22,338 bases of DNA from Solemya velum (lineage: Eukaryota), in assembly GCA_048127485.1 (NCBI GenBank), contig JBHNWI010000632.1, forward strand, positions 35,183,400 to 35,205,737. The letters run 5' to 3'. The position numbers and the translations under genes were made by a program. How positions within the stretch are numbered: position 1 is the first letter of the stretch; the number at the start of each line of letters is the position of its first letter. The notes under the pieces are model-generated. The model made no database searches. It had not been told where the DNA came from and saw only the letters and a list, made by a program, of their open reading frames with translations. Below, piece after piece: positions 1-10,110 of this stretch.

Positions 1-510
1 CCCGTGTAAAGCACAGATACACTAGACCCCGGTTTAAAGCACAGGTGCTTGGGGACAGGATGATCCTGGTGTTTATTTGTCTCTACCCCCCCAATTGTAA
101 TTCATTCACATTATTTTGGTAACTCTGTAGTCATAGCATTCGAATTATATCATTAGTTTCCCTCAAATCGTTCGTTGAAAAAAACCCGTTCCGATAGTAT
201 ATATCAGTAAAGTATATTACAGTCGGAACGTTTTTTTTTCAACGAACGATTTGAGGGAAACTAATGATATATTCGAATGCTAGACTACATAGTTACCAAA
301 ATAATGTGAATAAATTACAATTGGGGTGGATAGAGACAAATAAACACCAGGATCGTCTGTCCCCAAGCACCTGTGGTTTAAAGTCCCTTCCGAACGACTA
401 TAGGTCACACCGAGGTCGAAAACCTATGAAAAATTCCCATCTGATCAACCGGGAATCGAATCACTATCCCTGCATCACAAATCGAGTGCGCTACCACTGC
501 TCTACTTCGG
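1..510 (-). mobile_element. tRNA-derived SINE, copy 1, interrupted by a nested foldback insertion at 33-383
   Basis: The minus-strand reading of 384-510 gives a tRNA-like head: A-box-like TAGAGCAGTGGTAGCGCAC and B-box-like GATTCGATTCCCGG about 35 nt apart. No 3' acceptor complement follows, so it is not a functional tRNA. Positions 1-25 and 384-510 are ~85% identical to 4689-4829. Confidence 0.5.
33..383. mobile_element. Foldback / palindromic MITE-like element with ~165-bp arms, inserted into SINE copy 1
   Basis: Positions 33-~198 are the near-perfect reverse complement of ~221-383, with a central loop near 199-220. The outer termini read TTTAAAGCACAGGTGCTTGGGGACAGG / CCTGTCCCCAAGCACCTGTGGTTTAAAG. 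The uninterrupted SINE copy at 4689 reads ...CACTAAAGTCCC... across the same site. Confidence 0.6.
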
Positions 511-1485
511 TATTTGAACTATGCTTTCTTCGTCCTTTCCCGTGGATAGTCGCAAGCGGGTTATTCATTTCGGCGCCGCACAAACTCTAACGTGTATTCG
601 TCAAGCCAAAACAATTATAATCACCACAATTCCAGTTACCATAAAATAATATTGGTAATACTATTAAGGACTAGGATACCCACATCGCATTGACGCAAAA
701 ATAAATCTTTTACTTCGATAGAATTTTGTGTTACTGTTCACTCTCACACTGCAACGAACCTGTAGACAATTTACACTTGCTATGCGCGTAGTTCTGAGTA
801 AATAAGAAATTAGAAGCTCTGTATACCAGAGAAGCATAACAGAACTTATGACACATTAGTTTACAATCACTCACGCCCAATTTAAAATGTTAGATAGACT
901 CGCCAACACAATAAACTCCGAAGAGTATTGCCAACAAATCAAAGCCGCCAGTTAAGGAAATGTCATGATTTTTGTCACGCGATGGAATGGAAAGTAGGAA
1001 AAAAATGACAGGGAATTTATTGCCAACAAGAAACACCTGTATAAAGCAGTTAAAACTAAGCAAGCAGCTCAGTGGCATCAAGGTGTTATTAAATTTTATA
1101 ATTGATAAAAAGATTTCTCTTCTGTGAATATGTCATGTATTTATATGTTTTCGCCAAGTTATTTAAAAACTATCAATACCGGGTAGTCTAGTATAGATGG
1201 GCGTATTATATAATTGCGAGTACAGTGCTCGGGGAATTTTACTTTTCTACAGATGCGCATTTTGCCACTCGTGCGTAGATTGCGTCATCGCTGACGTCAA
1301 CTAAAAATATGTCAATATCGACCAAGTAAATTTAGATAATCTTAGACCCGGCCCGACTAAATCACCCGTTATAAAATATTAGGCTACTAAATATAACAGA
1401 GTTTGAAGTACGCTCCTGTTTTAACTTAAATTCTTGACACTTTCCCTTGTTCAGAACCTATAGCCACACTAAAAAACATAGTATA

Positions 1486-1500
1486 TAAAAAAAAAAAAAA
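1486..1500. repeat. poly(A) tract
   Basis: Run of ~15 A seen directly. Confidence 0.6.
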
Positions 1501-2644
1501 ACATTTTCACTGGCACTTTGATTATATTTTTGTTCGAATGAAAATAATCCAAGACTTGGTAACATTGAGGGTAGATAATGTAGCCTACGCACGTAATGTC
1601 AATCAACGTAACTTTGATAAGTTGCGAAATAAGAATTTATTAAGATAGTGTCGCGATTTGATTAGCCCAAAGGTTTGTGATGTTGAAGCTACAGGAAATT
1701 CTACTCAGCGTCCACATGGTAATTTTCCAGTTCCTTCATGCCCTATAGATCTACTTAAATAAAAGCTTTATTTGACGCGCTTCTACACAAGTTTAGTTGA
1801 ATAAATCCTCCGAGTTAGGTACACATTTGCTGACCAGCAAATTTAAACGAGATGATTAAATGGGCTTTGTTTTCACATATATAAAATTTCCATGTGCGCA
1901 TTAGGGGGTTTTCCAAACACGTAATTTACTTGACTTTACTTTCACTTTCATTGGCAAACCGTGCTGCGAATCGTTGTGAACGAGGTAGAATTGAGCATAG
2001 CAGTAGAGTCATTAGTCGGAATTCATATTATTTGTTATTTCGTGTTTATGGTTGTATTAATGGCACCTCAGACTGGGGCGTGTGGTGTGTGTGTGTCAAG
2101 GTCGTAGATAACGGTACGACCAGTACGGCCATGGCGTACCACTTTTTGCATAGCATAAAAAATCAGACAGCCCAAATTTTGATAGAGCGGTTGTATCCCG
2201 TGCGGCTTCTTCCTAAGTGGTACGGCCTGTGTCGGCGTTCAGGGACCAAGTCAATATACACCTGTTAGAGGGGCTGGGATGAGACGTGTGGGCTGGATTA
2301 GGCGATGAGCAGATTAGTGAGTCCAATTAACACCCATACCGTGTCCCCCACTATATTCTGTTAAAATCACAATCTGTTATAGTTAGTTTAGCGGTTTATG
2401 ACTTATCTGTTGAACTGGTAAGGCGACAAAGCCAATAAGCTGACCGTTTACGGGGAATTTACACATGTGGCGCAGTGATACTGATTATAAGAACACTATC
2501 CGGAGATGGATGGAGGATGAAACATAGACGTTTCACATATGTCAAAGTAACGATAACGATAAATGCGATACTGACGAAAATGTGCTTGGTCACGGTATTA
2601 GCACCCTCTTATGCCAATATAAACCTTTGCGGATTATACAATTT

Positions 2645-2741
2645 TGTTTGTTTTTACAATAACTATGTGTTAGTTACTAAGTAAAGAAAGGAATTTGTTT
2701 TTACAATAACTATGTGTAGTTACTAAGTAAAGAAAGGAATT
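2645..2741. repeat. Tandem duplication, ~47-bp unit x2
   Basis: TTTGTTTTTACAATAACTATGTGT(T)AGTTACTAAGTAAAGAAAGGAAT occurs twice in tandem. Confidence 0.7.
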
Positions 2742-2870
2742 CCTTCTGACGGGAAATATCGCATTGTAATGGTTGAGGTTCAGATGGAAAAGTTCGTTTC
2801 TGTTCGGTGTCATGCTTGGCCATCTGTTACTTGAGCTTTCCGACAACCTAGGCCGAACCCTGCAACATAA

Positions 2871-3325
2871 CGACATATCAACAGCAGGACAGTCTGTTGC
2901 GCAATGACCCTGAACACACTTGCAAAACTGCGACCCGAAGAAGCCTTCTATCAGTTTTGGGAGTGTGTGAATGCTACTGTCGCAGTCCTGGAGGAAGATG
3001 AACCAGCAATACCCAGAAAGCGAAAACTGCCGAAGAGGTATCAGGAAGGAGATATGGTGCCGTTTTTCCAATCTACACCAAAACCCCTGTACCGCCAGCA
3101 TTACTACCAGGTGATCCACCTCGACATGATGTGTTTCAAGGACCGGTTCAACAACCTGGTTACAAGACGTACAGAAAAACACAGGACCTTCTGCTTTCAT
3201 CTGTGAACGGAAAAACCTTCGACGATGAATTGGACTTTGTGGCAATTTTCTACGAAACGAACATAGATCGCGACACGCCTCAATGTTCAACTGCAAACTC
3301 TGCAGACAGCAATGAGCTCCAATAA
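2871..3325 (+). pseudogene. hAT-superfamily (ZMYM1/TTF-type-like) transposase remnant, C-terminal portion, frameshifted
   Basis: An open frame without ATG from 2871, then a second frame at 3131-3325, encodes ...EAFYQFWECVNATVAVLEEDEPAIPRKRKLPKRYQEGDMVPFFQSTPKPLYRQHYYQVIHLDMMCFKDRFNN... This fits the conserved pattern WEEFW...RRRKVPRRF...DYYR..FY..LD..L..RF that lies between the DUF4371 domain and the hAT dimerisation domain of ZMYM1-like transposases. The frameshift and stops indicate decay. The match is recalled from memory, not searched. Confidence 0.45.
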
Positions 3326-3485
3326 GGAGGAAAAATTCTGATCACACTTGCAGACGTGTTGAAGTACATGTACTTTCAAAATATGTTGGCGTCGATACGA
3401 TGTGTTTTCAGAAGTTGTGACACTCACCAGACTGATACTAATTTAACTAGTAGATATACCACAACTAGACCAAAATTCCTCTGTG

Positions 3486-3539
3486 TCACGACGGCTCTTA
3501 CTACTGACGTAGGCCTGTCAGTAGTAATAGCCGTCGTGA
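3486..3539. repeat. Perfect 23-bp-stem hairpin with an 8-nt loop
   Basis: TCACGACGGCTCTTACTACTGAC gtaggcct GTCAGTAGTAATAGCCGTCGTGA. Confidence 0.6.
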
Positions 3540-3959
3540 GACAGAGGGATTTCGGTCTAGTCCGCAACCAACGCCACTAGCGAACGGGCGTTTTTTGTTC
3601 TCCGTCAGCTGAAGACGTACCTCCGTACGACAATGAGCTAAAGTAGACTGCATAACCATATGCTACTGCACGCCCACAAACAAAGAACAGACGGTCTCAA
3701 CATGACATTAGTGAGGTCTCGCCGATTGTGGACAAATCCATTGGGCAACGTGAGAGACGTCGTTTGGTCTTTGGGAAAGGTGTAAAGAAGAACTAGAACT
3801 GCAAAGACCTGCGTCAGAAGTCAATATTAAGCTCTAAATTTTTCCCCCGGGGGACTGGCTACGAACCCCCACTACATAGCTTCGCGTCTGCGACGCTCGC
3901 ATTGTCCAATGGCTATGTTAGATTTGGGCCGTACCACTTTTCAAGGCTTTGCTACGCCC

Positions 3960-3960
<1 letters not shown>

Positions 3961-3999
<39 letters not shown>
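3961..3999. repeat. (TG)n microsatellite, ~19 units
   Basis: Seen directly. Confidence 0.95.
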
Positions 4000-4000
<1 letters not shown>

Positions 4001-4026
4001 GTGCATGTCACGTCATGATGTGTCCG

Positions 4027-4075
4027 TGCGTGCGTGTGTGTATATGTGTGTGTGTGTGTGTGCGCGCGCGCGTGC
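4027..4075. repeat. Compound (TGCG)/(TG)n/(GC)n simple repeat
   Basis: GTGCGTGCGTGTGTGTATATGTGTGTGTGTGTGTGTGCGCGCGCGCGTGCG. Confidence 0.9.
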
Positions 4076-4119
4076 GATAGATATTTTGATCGCAAATCTC
4101 TATAATGTGGACAATCTAA

Positions 4120-4308
4120 TACGATATGGTACTGCGTACGGGAAACGGAATAACACATTTCTGGATAAACGACTTCTTGAACAATATGAATCAGAGGGTT
4201 ATACTCAAAGAATCTGCGGTCGCAGTCGACTCGGGAGTCCCACAGAACGTTTTTGAGCCTCTCTTATTCATATTGTTCATAAATATGATGTCATGGAATC
4301 CGACGTGA
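4120..4308 (+). pseudogene. Reverse-transcriptase fragment (non-LTR retrotransposon, CR1/L2-like), truncated
   Basis: The frame encodes ...FWINDFLNNMNQRVILKESAVAVDSGVPQNVFEPLLFILFINMM. The SGVPQ...PLLF..(Y/F)IND block is a hallmark RT motif. The 5' side is cut off by the microsatellite, and the frame stops at 4308. Confidence 0.55.
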
Positions 4309-4688
4309 AACTACATGTATTTGCGAATGAATTTTATCTACAGAACATTCAACAACAGACAGCATTCCAGCCAGCAGAGCAATTTCACAAGGAATCGTAA
4401 CTTTAGTACCAAACGTAAATGGGATTGAACTTACGTTACGTTCACGACAATTGTTGATTTCACGAGTATAATTTACACTTCTCAGGATGGAAGAAAAGTA
4501 GCTACTCATCATGCAGTCTATTCCTACATTTACTTTGTGTTTTTTTTTGTTTAATAGAGAACCTTAGGCCGTCGACCCATATGTTCTTGAGTGAAGAATA
4601 TAGAGAAAGACGGATACAGGTCAACCCGGAGAAGCACCCTGCTCTTTATTCGACAGAGCCAGCCTGGTTCTTTATAGTGGCAAAGTGC

Positions 4689-4829
4689 CCCGTGAAAGCA
4701 CAGATACACTAAAGTCCCTTCCGAACGACTATAGGTCACCCCGAGGTCGAAGACATCTGAAAATCACAAACGGATCAACGGGAACTCCGATCGGGGCATC
4801 ACAAATCGGGTGCGCAACTTACCTAGAGC
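4689..4829 (-). mobile_element. tRNA-derived SINE, copy 2, uninterrupted but more degenerate
   Basis: Colinear ~85% match to 1-25 plus 384-510: CCCGTGAAAGCACAGATACACTAAAGTCCCTTCCGAACGACTATAGGTCAC... Confidence 0.5.
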
Positions 4830-5098
4830 TTTATAACTCTACAGTCCCAAATGCTGGATATACCTCTGATTTTTTTTGTGTCATCTGCAAATAGGTATGC
4901 TTTGATTTTGTCGGTTCCGGAACGTGAGGGAGGAGGAATTATTTGTTTTAGAAGCATGCGTTCAATCCCTATTGGGACATTATGCCCCTGTCTGTGCGGA
5001 ATGGTGGAGGAAGAACCCATGTAGAAACATGGTAAGAACCACCGCACACTCGCCAGGTCACGGACAACCTTCCCACAATCGAGCTCGGTCCATTCCAC
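4823..5098 (-). pseudogene. Reverse-transcriptase fragment containing the FADDTK box (non-LTR), degenerate
   Basis: The minus-strand ORF ends ...GTDKIKAYLFADDTKKIRGISS. The FADDTK(L/I) motif is the catalytic YXDD region of CR1/L2-type RTs. The upstream part is poorly conserved. Confidence 0.4.
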
Positions 5099-5180
5099 TC
5101 AGTGAAATTTTAAGACTCGAACTCGGGCGGTGGGAAGCCAGAGGTCTCGACGCCAGGCGCCTAGACCACTCGGCCAGCGA
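5085..5180 (-). mobile_element. tRNA-Ser/Leu-like SINE head fragment
   Basis: The minus strand reads GCTGGCCGAGTGGTCTAGGCGCCTGGCGTCGAGACC...CCCGAGTTCGAGTC. It has a class-II tRNA-like D-arm (GCCGAGTGGTCTAGGCG) and a T-arm-like GAGTTCGAGTC, but no cloverleaf can be completed. Confidence 0.35.
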
Positions 5181-5486
5181 GGGCCCCAGGTTCCGGAACG
5201 TCATTTCGAAAGAGTACGAACAACACCGGTCCAAGCACAGATACTTGCTTATTTGGGTGTGTCACTGCGGGGTTAAATTCTTCAAGTCTGGGGTGGATGG
5301 GTACAGGGGGCGGTGGACTGGTACGGTGTTGAAGGAGGCGGTGAGCGATGTTTTTTTATTTTTTTATTTTTTTTTTATTTTTTTATATTTCAACAGCATT
5401 ATAAACAAGTAGTAATATACATTTTATCATATCTTGAAACAATATAAAACTGCCAATTTTTAGTCTTATCTAAGTTATCAACAGTT

Positions 5487-5531
5487 GAGAGTGGAGAGAG
5501 GGGGAGAGAGAGGAGAGAGAGAAAGAGAGAG
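5487..5531. repeat. (GA)n-like purine microsatellite
   Basis: GAGTGGAGAGAGGGGGAGAGAGAGGAGAGAGAGAAAGAGAGAG. Confidence 0.85.
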
Positions 5532-7152
5532 TTATTGGATTTCTATATTAATTGAGTTGTGCATCACAGTCACTATTCTTTTCACATGAGCAACACTAAT
5601 TCCTTAAACTAGTACTGGAAATGAGAAAGTTGTTTGATGCATTTGCAAGGGCTGGGGTATACTGAGGATATCTAATATATGTGCTGTTGAACTGAATATA
5701 TAATGAATTTAGTAATTAACCAAATATGTTTTTAAAATAGTCCCAGTTTTTCCTAAATATATCTTCTTTACCATTATATGTAGCAACAGATTTTTCCAAG
5801 TTATAGTACTCATTTAATATTTTTATGAAAGTCTGTAGATCTAGTTTTTTTGTAGGCATCTTGTGTTGTATATATAGTATCTTAGTATAAGGAAAATGTA
5901 ATTAAGTGCTTTATGTTCATTTGTATTTAGTGGTCCAAAAATGAGATTTTGTTTGTTGAATTCAATTAAAATATTGTTTGCAATTAGATAATTTTCAAAT
6001 TCTCCTATTAGATTTTGAATAAGATTACAATCCCAAATAAATGTTCAAGTGTTTCCATGTCGCCTTTACAGAAACAGCATTGGTTATTTTGTACAATACC
6101 AATTTTAAAAAGCAATGTATTAGTTGGTAGGATATAGTGATTAATTCTGAATTGTAACCAGAGTAGTTTACTGTTATGAGTTATTTGAAAGCAATTGTTA
6201 AAAATGTTTTGCCACTGTTCATCTGTAAAGTTGAAGGTTTTGTTCCATTTTTCTTGCCTGTTGGTTCAGTTTCATTTTTTATAAAAATTCTGTACATATC
6301 TTTTGATCCTTTCTTGGTTTTTATTAGTACCTGTATTGAGTCTGGAATGGTAGGCAACTTAATTGTTTTGGTTGGTTGCGGATATTGTTCTCTCACCAAA
6401 TTTATTGCACTAGCAATGCCGTAGAATTTCAAAAAATTACAGTCTAGATTAAATTTTTCTCTAAATTCTCTGAAGTCGATTGGAACTAGATTACCATTCA
6501 TTAAGTCATTTATACAGCGGATGCCTTTTTTGAACCAGTCTTTATAAAATACTGTAGAATTGTCTATCATAATTTGTTTATTATAAAATAAAGGCATTTT
6601 CAAAAAGGATTCTTCAGACCTGGTAAGTTGTTCATTTTTAATCCGCAATTTTTTAAAAGCTGTAAAAACATCTTTCCAGAAACTGTTGGTTATGTTTTTA
6701 ATACAAATGTCTAAATAATCTGTACCACATTCAAAAGTAAGTGGGTGTCTATTTCACACTCTAGTATTTTAGTATATTTGCATGTATTAGCATTAGTAAT
6801 AAGTCTACGTATCCAAGCAGTCTTTAGAGAATAGATGAATGATTGTATATCTATCATTTTGAGACCTCCTTCCCTGTATGTTTTTATTATTATGTCTCTT
6901 TTGACTCTATCTGGTTTATTGTCCCAAAGGAAACTGAATAAAATGGAATTAGGATTGGAAATGAATTCATCATTGGGATTAGGCAATGCTATAAACAGAT
7001 GGTTAAACTGTGATATAAGAAGTGTTTTAATAACAGTTATTTTACCTAAAGGTGTTAGTTTGCGTCTTTTCCATTTACTTAATATGTGTTTTAGCTTAAC
7101 TAACTTTTTGTCATAATTCATTCTGATAATTTTCTGTAGATCTACATTAAAC

Positions 7153-7953
7153 TCAACTCCAAGTAGATAGAATGAGCTGTTGCCCCAGTATAAAATTCCA
7201 CTTAGAACATAATTTTCCAGCACTATATTTTTTGCTTCCTATCCATACTAACTGTGTTTTTGAATAGTTAATTCTTAGTCCTGAAATTTTTGAAAAAAAG
7301 TATAAGTCTTCTAGTGAGCTATTAAGTGATTCGTAACTACCATCTAGAATCAGAGATGTGTCATCGGCAAAGAGAGATATAAGAAATTTTTCCCCTTCAA
7401 TATTTATACCTTTAATCCTGTCATTATTTCTAATCTTAATTGCCATTATCTCGGCACACAGTATAAATATGTATGGTGAAATTGGGTCACCTTGCCTACA
7501 TCCTCTACTGATAATAAAAAACTCTGAAATATTACCCCTTTGGTTTATTGCGGATTTGATGTTTCTCTGAAAAATTTCAACCCATTTTCTGAATGAATTG
7601 CCGAAGTTAAAAAAAGATGGTGTTTCCTGAATAAATTTCCAGGCAATACTGTCAAACGCTTTTTCGAAATCTATAAGAAGTAGTAGTCCGGGTATATTAT
7701 TGTCTTCTGTATATTGTAAACTGTCATATATTAAACGAGTATTTTCCCCGATATATCTTCCAGGTATAAACCCTGTTTGATCATTTTTGATAAGTTTGTT
7801 CAAAACTGATTTCAGTCTAGAGGCAATCGAGCCGGCTGCTATCTTATATACAGTATTTAGTAAAGTTATTGGTCGCCAGTTTTTTAAGAATTGTCGAGGC
7901 TTGTCTCCTTTAGGTAGACAAGTTATCATACCTGTTCTTTGTGAGTCTGACAA
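7153..7953 (-). pseudogene. LINE ORF2 reverse-transcriptase domain (motifs 0-5)
   Basis: A 266-aa ORF carries the canonical L1-type RT motifs listed above. Confidence 0.85.
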
Positions 7954-8156
7954 TTCTCCAAAACAATATCCATAATTGATAGACCTGACAATGAAATCTC
8001 CAATATTTTTCCAGAAAAATTAAAAAAATTCTTGTGGGAAGCCATCTGACCATGGACTTTTGTTATTTTGCATCTTCTTTAGTGTATTATATGCTTCAAA
8101 GTATGTAATTGGCCCTTCTAAAGATTGTACCGGTGGGCGATGTTGGTGAAGCGGTG

Positions 8157-8222
8157 TGGGGAGGGGAGGGAAGTGGGAGGAGAGGGGGAGAAAGGTGGGA
8201 GAAGGGATCCCCGGTATCCCCT
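8157..8222. repeat. G/A-rich low-complexity tract
   Basis: GGGGAGGGGAGGGAAGTGGGAGGAGAGGGGGAGAAAGGTGGGAGAAGGG. Confidence 0.8.
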
Positions 8223-8382
8223 CTGCTAAATTCACACCGGTATCATACTTAGAGATCTTCTATTAATTAGCACAGTGACTTACGTATCTGTATATATTCA
8301 TTATATAGTATGAGGCTGATTTGCACAAACGAGGAACATATTACACGTGGAATACGCCCGAATTAGTCCGGGAGCTAGTACC

Positions 8383-8770
8383 GATACCCTGCACCCCCCA
8401 GGATTTAACTTTACCCCATTCATTTTGTTCCTTATCATGTCCCTGAACACTTAAGCAATGTTAACATGAAAAAACTGGCCTCATAGACACCAAACAAGAT
8501 GGCGTCCATATGGCCGCCATTTACACCGAATTCATACCATATTACGTCTACCATAGTTAGCAGTATCAGACAAAAAACAAATTCACATCAGTGCTATGAT
8601 TTACTATGGCAATATAAAAGGTTGATATTTTAAACAAAAAATGTGTGCACAAATCCAATATGGCCGCCAAAATGGCTGCCAGAAGTAACAAAATTGAAGA
8701 CATTTTGAGATTTTGAGGCCTATTCTTTGCTGTCAAGGTAGACTTATCCAGATTTCCACCACGCAAGCGA
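8383..8770 (-). repeat. Left arm of a long inverted repeat (inverted copy of the 360-bp monomer plus its terminal segment)
   Basis: The reverse complement of 8383-8770 aligns nearly base for base (>90%) with 9870-10262. Confidence 0.85.
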
Positions 8771-9236
8771 CCATTAACTCCTCATATCAGGCATGCAAAC
8801 TACAGAGTTGGCCAGTGGAAGCTGTCACACCTCAATGACCTATCTCATCCAGATCCGAATGCGCATGGATGGAAACATGAGGAAGGACATCTTGAGCCAG
8901 TGTGGTCAGAGGGACCAATCATACCTGAAAGCCTTTTTGATCTTCTTGGTGAAGGACAATCAGAATCATCGGATAATGAAGATGATGCTGAGGATTTAGA
9001 CTCCAGCTTCAGTTCGGAATCGGATACCTCTGATATGGACTGAGTACTCTTGATAGACTGTCATTATAAAAATACATGTGCTATTCAAGAATGACATTCA
9101 TATTGCATTATTCAGTTTCCACCAGTTTTACTGATACTATAAAGTAAATTATGGCCTCTTCAAATTCAGGAAGAAATAACAAAAGTACAGATAATTATTT
9201 TTGATTGAAAAGTTTGAAAAACTTTATGTGATATCT

Positions 9237-10110
9237 TTTACTTTTGGCAGCCATCTTGGTGCCATATTGGATTTTCATGCTAATGTTTTTTAAATATCAA
9301 TCTTTTCTAGCTGCATAGTGAATTATAGTACTAATGTGAATTTGTTTTTCCATCTGATACTGCTAACTGTAGTAGAAGAAACATAGTATGAAAATAGCGG
9401 CCATATTGGGCATATGTATTCAGACTGGGATTGTATGTGAAGTGGATGACCTAGAATGGTCTAGATTGATATTTTTGATTAGGAATTGATAACCCTTGCT
9501 ACAAATAGTTGGATAGAGCCCATAAGCTGGAGCAATTTGGAAAAACAGCAAAGAATAGGCCTCAAAATATCAAAATGTCTTCAATTTTGTTACTTCTGGC
9601 AGCCATTTTGGCGGCCATATTGGATTTTCACACACATTGTTTGTTTATAATATCAACCTTTCATATCTGCATAGTAAATTATAGTACTCATATGAATTTA
9701 TTTTTCCATTTCATACTGCTTACTGCAATAGAAGACACATAGTATGAGTTAACAGAAAATAGCGGCCATATTGGGCATATCTATTCAGACTGGGATTTTA
9801 TGTGAAGTGGATTACCTAGAATGGTCTAGATTGATATTTGTGATTAGAAATTGATAACCCTTGCTACAAATAGTTGGATAGAGTCCATAAGTTTGGACAA
9901 TTTGGAATGACAGCAAAGAATAGGCCTCAAAATCTCAAAATGTCTTCAATTTTGTTAATTCTGGCAGTCATTTTGGCGGCCATATTGGATTTTTGCACAC
10001 ATTTTTCGTTTAAAATATCAACCTTTTATATTGCCATAGTAAATCATAGCACTGATGTGAATTTGTTTTTTGTCTGATACTGCTAACTATGGTAGACATA
10101 ATATGGTATG
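9237..10110 (+). repeat. Tandem array of ~2.5 monomers of ~352-365 bp, each carrying GGCGGCCATATTGG / CAGCCAT(C/T)TTGG motifs
   Basis: Landmark GGCAGCCAT(C/T)TTGG(C/T)G(G)CCATATTGGATTTT recurs at 9246, 9598 and 9963. A second landmark AATAGCGGCCATATTGGGCATAT recurs at ~9400 and ~9762. Units are ~85-90% identical. Confidence 0.85.

Larger units (their letters stand above)
5351..8150 (-). mobile_element. L1-like non-LTR retrotransposon (LINE), 5'-truncated pseudogene with an A-rich 3' tail
   Basis: Minus-strand ORF pieces lie in shifting frames with internal stops. SPWSDGFPQEFF at ~8020-8060 matches the L1 'SPGPDG' motif. The RT core at 7153-7953 contains WRPITLLN, QTGFIPGR, LLLIDFEKAFDSI, CRQGDPISPYIFIL and LFADDT. 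The 6711-7223 piece contains GKITVIKTL...EGGLKM..., and 6181-6648 is a C-terminal region. The T-rich tract at 5351-5390 is an A-rich tail on the minus strand. The 3' boundary is approximate. Confidence 0.8.

Noticed and set aside
1283-1300. Perfect CRE palindrome TGACGTCA preceded by a half-site (TGCGTCATCGCTGACGTCAA)
   Set aside because: It is a single occurrence in a gene-poor, AT-rich stretch. An 8-mer is expected by chance at appreciable frequency in 22 kb on two strands. There is no nearby gene start.
1894-2268. 124-aa + strand ORF
   Set aside because: It has low-complexity composition, overlaps a small (GT)n tract, and shows no splice-site context or domain similarity.
2670-3296. 208-aa minus-strand ORF, the longest in the window
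   Set aside because: It lies antisense to the hAT transposase remnant and shows no recognisable domain. It is most likely a spurious antisense ORF.
8793-8999. 68-aa ATG ORF in the centre of the composite element
   Set aside because: It is in a different frame from the longer ATG-less acidic-tail frame and has an unremarkable composition. It is probably incidental. The ATG-less frame is reported as a finding instead.
8566-10077. Three similar 66-77-aa ATG ORFs (…TAKNRPQNLKMSSILLLLAAILAAILDF…) in the ORF track, one on the minus strand and two on the plus strand
   Set aside because: They are translations of the ~360-bp repeat monomers. The hydrophobic stretch is encoded by the GCCAT(N)TTGG motif region. 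The copies differ mostly by non-conservative substitutions, so their similarity reflects DNA repeat identity, not purifying selection on a protein.
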